Origin: a virus
Lineage: Duplodnaviria > Caudoviricetes
Reading direction: 5' to 3' (one strand)
Virus record (IMG/VR): IMGVR_UViG_3300029224_000081
Span: 1-25,990 of that record
DNA length: 25,990 nucleotides
Every line of letters begins with the position of its first letter. The stretch's first letter is position 1. Shown one piece after another: positions 15,437-24,656 of this stretch. The translations under genes and the position numbers were made by a program. Below the pieces are notes generated by a model. The model did no database searches, was not told where the DNA came from, and saw only the letters and a program-made list of their open reading frames with translations.

Positions 15437-15907
15437 ATGGCTAAGTTTCTAACGGTTGATGAAATGGTGACGCGGGTGGGGCAACGCGAAATGCTCCAGA
15501 TCGCTGGCCTTGGCCGTGAGCGAAGCGAAGATGGCCGCACACTTGATACTGAAAAGATTGAGACCGCCCTTTCCTTCGCTGATGATCTGGTTATCGCCAA
15601 ATTGCGCGGGCGCTATAAAACCATTATCGACTTGACGCCCGCAACCACGCCCGATCTTCTCAAAGGTTATGTGGAAGATATAGCCCGCTATCGGTTGCGT
15701 TCACGCTCTGGCGATCAAAACCAGATCACAGAAGAAGTGCGGAAACGTTTTGAGGATGCCTGTGCATTCCTGAAAGAAGTCCAGGCGGGCAAATCCTCAA
15801 TAGATATTGCTGGTGATCCCCGTGGAGACGAGACCCGATTTTTTGGCATCGGCGATGCCAACCCGCACAATAGAGCCGATGAAATCCTTGCGGGGTATAA
15901 TCCGTGA
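15437..15907 (+). CDS. head-tail adaptor, Mu gp36 / DUF1320 family
   Basis: I..AL..AD..V...LRGRY, P.LL....DIARYRL, V.KRFEDA..FL..V..GK. Confidence 0.88.
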   Translation: MAKFLTVDEMVTRVGQREMLQIAGLGRERSEDGRTLDTEKIETALSFADDLVIAKLRGRYKTIIDLTPATTPDLLKGYVEDIARYRLRSRSGDQNQITEEVRKRFEDACAFLKEVQAGKSSIDIAGDPRGDETRFFGIGDANPHNRADEILAGYNP

Positions 15908-16398
15908 GCGACGCCTCAATCAAACGCACCCGTGCCAAAACCATCATCGCTAAGGTCGAAGAAGGCCTGATTGCAATATTTGACGAAAATCTGCCCAAAT
16001 GGGTGGACATTGCCGCCGTGCCGGAAAATCCATCCGACTTTGATTTTGCCAATCGCGATGGCGCACTGCTGGTCCATTATGCCGGTTCAAGATATGCCGA
16101 ACCACAAGGCCAGTCGATCAATCAAAACCGGGTGATGACGTGGCAGCTGGTCTTAAAAACCCGGTCGTTCAATGGTGAATATGGCGCATATGCCGTTTTG
16201 GAAGACATCCGGCAGGCCGCCCAGGGTTTTTCTCTCGAAGGCGGCGGCCCTATCCGCATCATTCGCGATGATCTGGTCTCTGAAGCTGACGGTGTTTGGG
16301 AATGGCGCATTGTCATCGCCCTGCCGATTGCTGCCGTTGCCCGCCACACAAGACGCTCACAATTAAGCCCGGTTTTGGGCACTCAATCCGCAACCTGA
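15904..16398 (+). CDS. Mu gp37-like tail terminator/neck protein
   Basis: GTGA overlap; GALLVHYAGSRY, GAY..LE.IR.A..GF. Confidence 0.8.
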   Translation: MSDASIKRTRAKTIIAKVEEGLIAIFDENLPKWVDIAAVPENPSDFDFANRDGALLVHYAGSRYAEPQGQSINQNRVMTWQLVLKTRSFNGEYGAYAVLEDIRQAAQGFSLEGGGPIRIIRDDLVSEADGVWEWRIVIALPIAAVARHTRRSQLSPVLGTQSAT

Positions 16399-16410
16399 CG
16401 AGGACTGACC

Positions 16411-16761
16411 ATGTCACGCAAGCCCCAGACCATGAACGATCAAGCCACAACGTCAAAATCGGACGCTGTTGCAGATGCCAAAAAACAAGTGCCTGCTCCC
16501 GCCGCTGCCGAAAATGTTGAGAAGGTGAAAAAACACAAGCCTTCTCCAATGAGCCCGGCGCACAAAGATGTGCTCGAAGGGCTGGAAGGCAACTACCGCT
16601 ATTCCGGCCCGACACTGACATTCGAGTGTCGCGCAGGCAAAACCCACATGCTGATTAAAGGCAGGGATTACATCATATCCGACCTGCCCCACCACGAAGC
16701 TATTGCAAACGTCATTTTGCGCCGCCTGCTGGTGAAATCTGACGCCAAAAAGGAGGCTTAA
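16411..16761 (+). CDS. hypothetical protein preceding the tail sheath
   Basis: GAGGA RBS; low-complexity N-terminus; YRYSGP. Confidence 0.72.
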   Translation: MSRKPQTMNDQATTSKSDAVADAKKQVPAPAAAENVEKVKKHKPSPMSPAHKDVLEGLEGNYRYSGPTLTFECRAGKTHMLIKGRDYIISDLPHHEAIANVILRRLLVKSDAKKEA

Positions 16762-16764
16762 CCC

Positions 16765-18030
16765 ATGCCTGATTTTCATCACGGCCCCGAAGTTCTTTTC
16801 CAGTCAACCCCCGCCGTTGTACGCGAGGTTCGATCCGCCGTTACATTTTTGAACGGAACCGCGCCAATTGGCGACGTTCACGCCACCCCGGCTGAACGTG
16901 CTGATTATATAAATCAGTTGATTATTGTGAACAGCCGCACCGATGCCGCCCAGTTCGGGCCTGATAAAGCCGGTTATAATATTCCCGCAGCCCTTGATGC
17001 GATCTTTGATGAAAGCCCAGGTGGCACGATCATTGTCAACAATGTGTTTGATCCCGATGTCCATCAAAATGCCGGTACTGAAGATCCCGCATTGGTCACA
17101 ACTGCTGAACTGACCGGGGGTGTCGATGCCAGTGGTCAGCGTTCCGGTCTGGAAAAAGCCCGCGAATGCTACCAGCGGTTTGGTTTCTTTCCCAAAATGT
17201 ATCTGTCCGACAGATCGTCACTTCCAGCGGTTCGATCCGCCATGTCGACGATTGCGCAAACCCTCAAAGGTCATTCGATTGTTGATATGCCGGTTGGCCT
17301 TTCAACCCAACAGGCGATTGAAGCGCGTGGCCCATCTGGATCAGTCGATTTTAATACAGCCGATAATCGCACCATCATTTGCTACCCGCACATTGAGGTG
17401 GAAGACAAGGTAAATGGTGGAACCAAACTTGATCCGCTGTCAACGGCTCTGTGTGGCGCGCTCATCAATCAGGATTTGACCAAGGGTGGTCCCAACCATT
17501 CACCGTCAAACATTGAAATCAATCGCGCCCTGGGCATGGAATTGCCGATTGTCTGGGAGCCGGGCGATATTCAAAGTGACACCAACCTGTTGAATGATGC
17601 TGGCATTGTCACCCTTCGCCGGGGCTTTGCTACCGGCATCAACACATGGGGCAATCGCTCCGCTTCCCACCCGACGTCAACCGCACAGGAAAACTTCATT
17701 CATGTGCAACGCATTCTGGATGCAACCCACGAAGCCATTATCTTCTTCATGGTGCAATATACCGACCGGCTGGGAACGCCTGAGAATATTGAAGCGGTTG
17801 AAGAAGCCATCAATGCATTCCTGCGATCCAAAATCGGTCGCGGCGAACAATCTTGGTTCTATGACGCCCGGTTCTCGTTTCCCAGTGACCTTAATACGGC
17901 ACAGGAAATTTCCAATGGACAGTTTACTTACAAGCTGACATCCGCGCCAGTGAGCGTCATGGAACGACTGACGACAATCTCGTCCATTGATATCAACCTC
18001 ATCAACAACGTATTGCAGCTTGCCGCTTAG
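16765..18030 (+). CDS. contractile tail sheath protein (P2 FI-like)
   Basis: FHHGPEV, GTAP, HSPSN..I, NLLNDAGIVT, WGNRS, FIHVQR; AGGAGG RBS. Confidence 0.93.
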   Translation: MPDFHHGPEVLFQSTPAVVREVRSAVTFLNGTAPIGDVHATPAERADYINQLIIVNSRTDAAQFGPDKAGYNIPAALDAIFDESPGGTIIVNNVFDPDVHQNAGTEDPALVTTAELTGGVDASGQRSGLEKARECYQRFGFFPKMYLSDRSSLPAVRSAMSTIAQTLKGHSIVDMPVGLSTQQAIEARGPSGSVDFNTADNRTIICYPHIEVEDKVNGGTKLDPLSTALCGALINQDLTKGGPNHSPSNIEINRALGMELPIVWEPGDIQSDTNLLNDAGIVTLRRGFATGINTWGNRSASHPTSTAQENFIHVQRILDATHEAIIFFMVQYTDRLGTPENIEAVEEAINAFLRSKIGRGEQSWFYDARFSFPSDLNTAQEISNGQFTYKLTSAPVSVMERLTTISSIDINLINNVLQLAA

Positions 18031-18042
18031 GAGGTTAAAAAA

Positions 18043-18555
18043 ATGCCTGTACAAACTGGAAGTACCACAAACGCTGATATTCTGATCAACGGCGTCGACC
18101 TTGCCGGTCGCGTGATGGAATTGGACCTCGGCGATTTTGGCTATGAAGAAGTCGAACACACCACGCTGGGGATGATTGGTATCATCAAACTGCCAAGTCG
18201 TGCGGTTTCTGCGATTGAGGGAACGATCAAGTTTGAATATCTTGATCCGGAACTTAAACGCCAGCTGCAAAACCCCACCATTACCCACAAGCTGCAGCTG
18301 CATCAATATGTCGATGTAAGCGGCCCAGATGGGTTGGACGTTAACGCCTCACACGTACTGGTCCAGCATGTCGGTTTTCGGGTTCTGGCAACAAAAAAAG
18401 GCACGTCTAAACTGGGTGAAGCTGTCGAGATGGAACAGAGTATTTCCATTCTCTCATTTACTGAAAAGGTCTACGGCGAAGAAACCCCGATCCTTGAATA
18501 CGATGTGTTCAATCGCATCCACAAGGTCAATGGGGAAGACGTCTGGCCGACATAA
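18043..18555 (+). CDS. tail tube protein (P2 FII-like)
   Basis: NA.I.ING.DLAGR, EH..LGMIG.IKLP, EYDVFN.I..VNGED; follows the sheath. Confidence 0.9.
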   Translation: MPVQTGSTTNADILINGVDLAGRVMELDLGDFGYEEVEHTTLGMIGIIKLPSRAVSAIEGTIKFEYLDPELKRQLQNPTITHKLQLHQYVDVSGPDGLDVNASHVLVQHVGFRVLATKKGTSKLGEAVEMEQSISILSFTEKVYGEETPILEYDVFNRIHKVNGEDVWPT

Positions 18556-18567
18556 AGGGGACCGCTC

Positions 18568-18753
18568 ATGAACAATCCCATCATGAAATATTTTGAGTTT
18601 TCTCATCTGCCGGAACGGTTGCAAAAAATCAGCAAACCTTTCCACGCGCTTGCTGAAAATTTGAACAACAACATTCCGGATGGCCCGGAAAAATCAGCCG
18701 GGTTGCGCAAGCTTCTGGAAGCCAAGGACTGCATGGTCCGCGCGCAACTCTAA
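18568..18753 (+). CDS. conserved small helical protein inserted in the tail operon
   Basis: AAGGGG RBS; YFEFSHLP..LQ..SKPF..LA...PDGPEKSAGLRKLLEAKDC.VRA. Confidence 0.8.
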   Translation: MNNPIMKYFEFSHLPERLQKISKPFHALAENLNNNIPDGPEKSAGLRKLLEAKDCMVRAQL

Positions 18754-18783
18754 TCAAAACCGTCGGAGAAAAAGGATACGACA

Positions 18784-19179
18784 ATGACCAAAGAAACCAA
18801 GACCCCAACCGTGGATACAGATGTCAATGTTACGGGCTTTCTTGCCCGCCTACGGGCATTTAAAAAATCCAATGAACGCGATGTGACCGTAACCCTGCCG
18901 GAGTGTGGTGAAACGGTGACCTACCCCGGATTTGTCAGCCACGCAACGATCATGAAGGTTTTCAAAAAATCGGGCGGTCAAAAGGGCACAGCCAAAATGG
19001 CCTCAGTGGCGATTGCAACCTTATGTCGTTTTGGTCCCGAAGGTGAACAGATTTCCCATACGGATGTGGCCGAACTTCTGCCAAACCGTGACGTAACCTT
19101 CCTGTCAGGCAAATGCCTGGGCGTTGAGGATGATGATGACGATGGAGACGACGACGAGGGAAACGCACTCAGCGGCTAA
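18784..19179 (+). CDS. tail assembly chaperone (P2 E / lambda G-like)
   Basis: AAGGA RBS; lies between tube and tape measure; slippery G GGA AAC near its end. Confidence 0.85.
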   Translation: MTKETKTPTVDTDVNVTGFLARLRAFKKSNERDVTVTLPECGETVTYPGFVSHATIMKVFKKSGGQKGTAKMASVAIATLCRFGPEGEQISHTDVAELLPNRDVTFLSGKCLGVEDDDDDGDDDEGNALSG

Positions 19180-19322
19180 GCACCCCGCTGGACCACGTGT
19201 TTATGATCGCAAAAGGCTGGTCGCATCAGGAACTGGGGCAAATGGAAGAAGGTGAATTCCTGTTCTGGCTAGACCAGCAAAACGAAATGGAGCGTCTGAA
19301 GAACGAAGCGTTAGAGGAATAA
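19158..19322 (+). CDS. -1 frameshift extension of the tail chaperone (E+E' / GT)
   Basis: GGGAAAC 19158-19164; the -1 frame reads KRTQRLSTPLDHVFMIAKGWSHQELGQMEEGEFLFWLDQQNEMERLKNEALEE*, with the GW..EL..M...E..FW pattern. Confidence 0.85.
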   Translation, partial: GKRTQRLSTPLDHVFMIAKGWSHQELGQMEEGEFLFWLDQQNEMERLKNEALEE

Positions 19323-19328
19323 GATTAA

Positions 19329-21623
19329 ATGGCTAACGTTTTTGAAATGATGTTCAAGGTGGTTGATAAAGCCACCGGTCCCATCCGCAAAATCATGAAA
19401 GCGACAGCAGGCCTGCGCACCGGCCTGGGGAAAGTCGGCAAGGCCGCCGGAAAAGTTGTGGCTGTCGGCGCGGCTGCTGGCTTTTTATCCCTCTCGACGG
19501 GGTTAGCTGCCAGTACATCTAAGGCCATCGCTTTTGAAAGTGCGATGGCCGATGTCAATAAGGTTGTGGATTTTGCCAGCCCGCAAGGCTTCAAGGACAT
19601 GGGGCGTGACATCATTGACCTGTCACGCAAAATCCCGCTTGCCGCGTCCGCCATATCCGAAATTGTGGCGGCTGCTGCACAATCCAATGTGGCAAAGGCT
19701 GACCTGCTGAAATTTGCCGAAGGCGCGGCCAAGGTTAGCGTAGCTTTTGATATGGCGGCGGGGTCGGTAGGTGAAAATCTTGCCAAAATCAAAACCAATT
19801 TAAGCCTGACAGTTGATGAGACCTTCGCCTTTGCTGATACACTCAATTTCCTGTCAAACAATCAGGCAGCTACAGCAGCACAATTGCTGGTATTTTCTCG
19901 AAACACGGTCTCACTTGGTACGGCCAACGGTTTCACCGCCAATCAGGTGGCAGCATTGGGAGCCGCCATGATCGGCACCGGTGCTGAGGCTGACGTCGCC
20001 AAAACCTCGTTCAATAATATGGTACGTGCGCTCACCAAAGGTGAAGCGGCCACAAAGGCCAATCGCATCGCCTTTAAACGACTGGGGATGGATGCAACGA
20101 CCGTCTCAAAAACCATGCAGACCGACGCCATCGGCACCTTGCAGAAGGTCTTTGGGAAGATCAGGCAACTGCCCAAAGAAGTCCAGGCGGCAACCATATC
20201 ACAATTATTCGGCAATGAAGCCCGCGCCCTGATGCCGCTGATCAACAACGTCGACGTACTCGACAGTGCCCTGAAAAACATTGCCGATCCCAGCAAGTTC
20301 GTCGGCAAATCTGTCGAAGGCGAGTTCAAGGCGCGGGCTGCAACAACCGAAAATAATATGGGGTTGATGAAAAACAATATTGATGCCCTGGCCGTGGCCG
20401 TGGGCAGCCGCCTGCTTCCGGCAATCAATGATGGTCTCAAGGCCGTCAATGATTTCCTGTCGACATTGGGCGATGGAACCTCATCAATTGAAAAAGCGTT
20501 GGCCAGTGTTACAAAATTCTACAAGGATTTTACAACCGGCTTTGGTTCATCATTTGATGGTATCCGGGAAAAGTTTTCCGGTGTTACCGAAGCTTTTTCC
20601 AGACTGGGCGATACCATGGGTAAAATATTCGGTCGCATTACCGGAAAATCAGAGACCTTTGGTTCCACGCTTGGCAAGTTGCTCGGCGGTGCATTTGAAG
20701 CATTGTTGACTGTGATAGAAGCCGTCGTCGTCACGCTTAATTGGTTTTTAACAGGGATGCTGGACATCGTCGATGCCGTTTCCAATTTCATTGAATTAAT
20801 CAGCAACGGCCTTGCGAATATCGATTTGTCAGCACTGAAGCCTGATTTTAGCAGCTGGGAACTGCCCAACCTCAAGTTCTGGGAGAGTGATACCAAAAAG
20901 GCGACAAAGAGCGTCAAGGATTTGAACAAGGCCACCAAGGCCGTATCGAGCTTCAAGGTCAATGATCCTGATGCCATCGCTAAAGCAGCCCGACAGACAA
21001 AACAGATTGAAGCTAGTCAAAAACGGATCATAAAACAGGCCACAGCTGTCATGTCAGCTGTCAAATCCATGGTTTTTCAATCTCAAAAGGCCTTGTCTTC
21101 AGTCGACTGGTCGCGCCATGGCAGGCGCATGATGGACACTTTGGCCGCTGGTATGAAGGCGCGGGCCTTTGTTGTTGTCGATCAGATCAAGGCGACGATG
21201 AAAGATGTTAGAAATTATCTGCCGTCATCGCCCGCCAAGGTCGGTCCGCTGTCAGATATTCATAAACTCAAATTTGCTGAAACAATCGCCAAGTCGATCA
21301 AAGCAGGCCCGATGGTCAAGGCCATGCGGGCGGCGACATTGGCGACACGGGCAGCCGCCAACGATAATCAATTTGGTGCTTTGTCACAGTCCGGATTTAC
21401 CAGAGGTTCAGTCACCCAATCCAACATTCAATCCCAAGCCCGAAGGTCTGCTTCTAACGGTACGCGTGGAACAACAATTCATTATGCTCCCAACATCACC
21501 ATAGAAGGTGGTGCCCCGGATGCTGAGAAGCGTTTTAAAGAACTGTTGAAAGAACATTCCCGCGAGATCAAGAAAGTGGTTGATGACGAAAACAATCGCG
21601 TGGCCAGGAGGTCTTACGGATGA
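19329..21623 (+). CDS. tail tape measure protein (TP901-family core)
   Basis: AIAFESAMADVNKVVDF, EF.ARAATTEN, LP.SPAKVGPLSD; 764 aa, Ala-rich. Confidence 0.95.
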   Translation: MANVFEMMFKVVDKATGPIRKIMKATAGLRTGLGKVGKAAGKVVAVGAAAGFLSLSTGLAASTSKAIAFESAMADVNKVVDFASPQGFKDMGRDIIDLSRKIPLAASAISEIVAAAAQSNVAKADLLKFAEGAAKVSVAFDMAAGSVGENLAKIKTNLSLTVDETFAFADTLNFLSNNQAATAAQLLVFSRNTVSLGTANGFTANQVAALGAAMIGTGAEADVAKTSFNNMVRALTKGEAATKANRIAFKRLGMDATTVSKTMQTDAIGTLQKVFGKIRQLPKEVQAATISQLFGNEARALMPLINNVDVLDSALKNIADPSKFVGKSVEGEFKARAATTENNMGLMKNNIDALAVAVGSRLLPAINDGLKAVNDFLSTLGDGTSSIEKALASVTKFYKDFTTGFGSSFDGIREKFSGVTEAFSRLGDTMGKIFGRITGKSETFGSTLGKLLGGAFEALLTVIEAVVVTLNWFLTGMLDIVDAVSNFIELISNGLANIDLSALKPDFSSWELPNLKFWESDTKKATKSVKDLNKATKAVSSFKVNDPDAIAKAARQTKQIEASQKRIIKQATAVMSAVKSMVFQSQKALSSVDWSRHGRRMMDTLAAGMKARAFVVVDQIKATMKDVRNYLPSSPAKVGPLSDIHKLKFAETIAKSIKAGPMVKAMRAATLATRAAANDNQFGALSQSGFTRGSVTQSNIQSQARRSASNGTRGTTIHYAPNITIEGGAPDAEKRFKELLKEHSREIKKVVDDENNRVARRSYG

Positions 21624-22102
21624 GATTGCTTCTTGGTTCAATCAGGCTTGGCACTGATACGGCCATAACCGGCCCGACCAGCGCGTCAACGTCACAAGCC
21701 ACATCAATTGCCATCTATGCGGTCAATCGTGGCAAGCCGATCCCCCACGTGGTTGGTGATGAGCTGATCACGAAAGAGTTTTCGTTTTTCTTCAATGAAA
21801 CCTTCTGCAACGTTGCCACAAATCTGGCCCGGCTTGAGATAGCATTTGCCACCAAATCACCGCTGGCGCTGGTCATTGGCAACGGGCTGGATTTTCGCGG
21901 GCTTCGATACATTGTCACCGCTCTCGACATAGAGGTTTTAAAAACCGATCGGTCAGGCAATCCGGTCAGTGTCGGAGGCAATATTTCCTTGCTTGAAGAT
22001 CCATTGCAGGGTGGCCTTGGTCGCCAGCTTGACATTATCGCCCGCACCCGTGCCATTGCACGCGGTGGCATTGCGTCGCTCAATGCAATAGTGAGGCGAT
22101 AA
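21620..22102 (+). CDS. P2 GpU-like tail protein
   Basis: LLG.I, GKP....GDEL, PLALVIGNG; ATGA overlap with the tape measure. Confidence 0.82.
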   Translation: MRLLLGSIRLGTDTAITGPTSASTSQATSIAIYAVNRGKPIPHVVGDELITKEFSFFFNETFCNVATNLARLEIAFATKSPLALVIGNGLDFRGLRYIVTALDIEVLKTDRSGNPVSVGGNISLLEDPLQGGLGRQLDIIARTRAIARGGIASLNAIVRR

Positions 22103-22104
22103 TC

Positions 22105-22371
22105 ATGGTGAGGTTAACCGGAGAATATTTCGAAGTAGTAGCGCGACCCGGTGAACGCTGGGATTTGCTGGCCTATGATTTCCTTGGTGATGTACGTCTG
22201 CAAAGCCTGATTATTCAGGCCAATTTTGAACCCTATATTGATAACCTGGGCGTGCCGCCGCTGATCATTGAAGTTGGAACGGTGCTACGAATTCCGGTGA
22301 TTGAAGACGATGGCATTGATGAAAATGATCTACCGCCCTGGAAGCGCAATGATCCGGATTATGAGATATGA
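22105..22371 (+). CDS. tail protein X (LysM-like)
   Basis: GERWDLLAY..LGD, IIQAN, G.VLRIPV, LPPW. Confidence 0.88.
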   Translation: MVRLTGEYFEVVARPGERWDLLAYDFLGDVRLQSLIIQANFEPYIDNLGVPPLIIEVGTVLRIPVIEDDGIDENDLPPWKRNDPDYEI

Positions 22372-23390
22372 TTGATTTTCGTAAATTTGGCGGCGGTGCG
22401 GCCCGGTTGATTTATCGTGGGATTGATATTTCATCCGAACTGACACCCATGACCACATCCATCAATTACACCGATAACTGGCACGGTGAAGCCGACGAAA
22501 TTGACGTCACCGTGCAGGACAAGGACGGGCGCTGGAAACGCTCCTGGCATCCACAACACGGCGATACAATGCAGTTGTTTCTGTCAGATGATGGTTTTCG
22601 GTTTGTCGATTGTGGCACATTTGAGCTTGATGAACCCAATGCCAAAGGCGGTCGTGGCGGGGATTATATGACCATGCGCGGGTTAGCCGCCCCCATCACA
22701 AAAGCCTTGCGCACCCAGCAAACCTTTGCTTACGAAAACAAGAAACTTGATGCCGTCGTAAAAGAAACCGTCGCCCGCACCGGGTTGACAATTGAAGGTA
22801 AAATAGACCCGCTGTTCTTCAAGCGCATCACTCAGCGGCGAGAGTTTGATCTGGAATTTCTCAAGCGCCTGGCAGAAGACACCGGGCATTATTTTTCTGT
22901 CAGAGGTAATCGGGCAATCTTCACAAACTACAATTCAATTGATGGCCGAAAACCCACCCTGATCATCCATATGGAAGATAAAACCCGCGATCAGGGACCG
23001 TTAGAAGATTACGATTTGAAGTTCCAGTCGAAAGATACCAATTCCAGGGCAAGCGTCAAATATTCCGATCCCGATACCAAGAAGATCATCAACCATGAAG
23101 AGGCTGACAGCCGCATCAAAACCGGTGACGAGTTGAAAATCCGTGGGGAACGGGTGGAAAGCAAAGCCAATGCCGAAGCCCTGGTCAAGGCGCGGTTGCA
23201 CATGGGCAATCGCAATTACAAGGTTGCCTCATTCACGATGAAGGGCAATTTAAAAGCTCTGGCAGGCAACACAATCGGGGCTGTGGGGTTTGGGGTTTAT
23301 GACGATACATATGTTATCAATACCAGCGCGCATTCGATATCCCGAGGTGGTCATACTGTAAATGTGGAGTGTTCCGTTGCGGGCAAATAA
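22368..23390 (+). CDS. late control D / baseplate hub protein
   Basis: Y.G.DIS, YTD...GEADEI...D.DGRW, CGTFELDE, Q..E.DL.FL.RLA. Confidence 0.9.
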   Translation: MIDFRKFGGGAARLIYRGIDISSELTPMTTSINYTDNWHGEADEIDVTVQDKDGRWKRSWHPQHGDTMQLFLSDDGFRFVDCGTFELDEPNAKGGRGGDYMTMRGLAAPITKALRTQQTFAYENKKLDAVVKETVARTGLTIEGKIDPLFFKRITQRREFDLEFLKRLAEDTGHYFSVRGNRAIFTNYNSIDGRKPTLIIHMEDKTRDQGPLEDYDLKFQSKDTNSRASVKYSDPDTKKIINHEEADSRIKTGDELKIRGERVESKANAEALVKARLHMGNRNYKVASFTMKGNLKALAGNTIGAVGFGVYDDTYVINTSAHSISRGGHTVNVECSVAGK

Positions 23391-23409
23391 CGAACCAAAG
23401 GATGGAAAA

Positions 23410-23589
23410 ATGGAAATTATAGAACCCTCTGACGTTGATTTGGATGCAGCCCCCGAAACTGTCCAGAAGTATATTGATGAACTGGTCGCCGACATAGAGC
23501 GTCTTAAAGGCATAGTAGGCGAGCTGGAATGGGCGGCGGAACAAGAGGCCGAACGCCATCTTGATTATGTGCACGGGACGGAAACCTGA
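23410..23589 (+). CDS. small acidic hypothetical protein
   Basis: AAGGA/GGA RBS before ATG 23410; fills the D-V gap; coiled-coil-like. Confidence 0.6.
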   Translation: MEIIEPSDVDLDAAPETVQKYIDELVADIERLKGIVGELEWAAEQEAERHLDYVHGTET

Positions 23590-23591
23590 TC

Positions 23592-24086
23592 ATGCGCGCG
23601 AAAGGCGAATATCAGAACAATCCCGTCGCGAAAAAAATGATCGTGACCGAACGCGACCCTAAAAAGATGCGGGTGCGGGCAAAGATTGAAGATGAAGACG
23701 GTATTGAGACTTATTGGCTTGATATCCTGTCGTCATCATCATCTTCGACCAAATCATTCAATATGCCCGATGAGGGCGATGAAGTCTGGGCGATGGTCGA
23801 TGCCAAGGGCGAAGAAGGTTTTGTCGTCGGATCGCGCTATAATGATGTTGATACACCGCCCAATGATACAAATGATGACTGGTCATTTTCCGGACCCTGG
23901 GGAAGCATCCACATCAGCAAGGCAACCGGTGAACTAACGGTGACGCTGTCAAAAGCCACGCTCAATATTGATGTGATTAACGTGGCAGGCCAGCGGATCG
24001 ATCACAATGGCCGCAATATTGGCCATGACCATACCCACAGCGGTATTGTTTCCGGACCCTCTAACACCGGCACACCCAATCCATAG
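23592..24086 (+). CDS. baseplate spike protein V (Mu gp45 / P2 V)
   Basis: RVR...D.DG..T.WL, MPD.GDEV, G.V.G..YN..D.PP, C-terminal HTHSG...G...TG.P. Confidence 0.9.
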   Translation: MRAKGEYQNNPVAKKMIVTERDPKKMRVRAKIEDEDGIETYWLDILSSSSSSTKSFNMPDEGDEVWAMVDAKGEEGFVVGSRYNDVDTPPNDTNDDWSFSGPWGSIHISKATGELTVTLSKATLNIDVINVAGQRIDHNGRNIGHDHTHSGIVSGPSNTGTPNP

Positions 24087-24201
24087 AGCTTCAGTACCGC
24101 CAGAAACGACGATACCGGCCATCCTCGACGAAAATGGCGGTGCGGGATCTGGAACACCTCGATTTGTGACGGTTCTGACGGGTTGATTATAACGCATTCG
24201 C

Positions 24202-24245
24202 GCGGAACTCTTCCGGTCACATAAGTCTCTCGCGCGCGCGATAAT
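24202..24245 (+). promoter_or_regulatory. putative activator-dependent late promoter for baseplate genes
   Basis: GCGGAACTCTTCCGGTCACATAA and GATAAT (24240-24245). Confidence 0.65.
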
Positions 24246-24251
24246 CGCCGA

Positions 24252-24656
24252 ATGTTAGACCGTTATCAAATCCCCTATGCGCACTGGTCCGTCAAGGTTG
24301 GCCGTCGCGATCCCGAAACCGGCATTGCGGATGCTGTTCATGGGGAAATAGTGACCGCACTGGATGACGTGCATCAGGCCATTGCCAATCTGATACTGAC
24401 ACCAAAGCGCTCGGTGCCGGGCAATCCGGAAAAAGGCTGTGATCTGACACCTTACATAGACCGTCATGAAGCCGAAGCCATTCCCAACATCACCCGCGAA
24501 ATCTGGGATGCGCTGGCGATCTGGGAGCAACGCGCCATCATCGACAGCGTCTCTATCGTCCAGGTCGCCTTCGCCCATTTTGTCGCCCGCATCAGCTGGC
24601 GGCCAATCCAAAGCGTTCTCGATGATGTGCAGATAACGGAGGTGAACCTTGTCTAA
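24252..24656 (+). CDS. baseplate wedge protein W / gp25 family
   Basis: DVHQAI..LILTPK.SVP..PE.GC, I.DAL..WE.R. Confidence 0.9.
   Translation: MLDRYQIPYAHWSVKVGRRDPETGIADAVHGEIVTALDDVHQAIANLILTPKRSVPGNPEKGCDLTPYIDRHEAEAIPNITREIWDALAIWEQRAIIDSVSIVQVAFAHFVARISWRPIQSVLDDVQITEVNLV

Noticed and set aside
19128-19155. GAT/GAC repeats (poly-Asp) here and TCA/TCG repeats (poly-Ser) in V
   Set aside because: Low-complexity coding sequence, not a repeat array.
7289-21641. Long minus-strand ORFs opposite TerL, portal, sheath/tube and tape measure (e.g. 7289..8053, 17677..18306, 19325..19861)
   Set aside because: Antisense shadows of well-supported structural genes, with no recognisable motifs.
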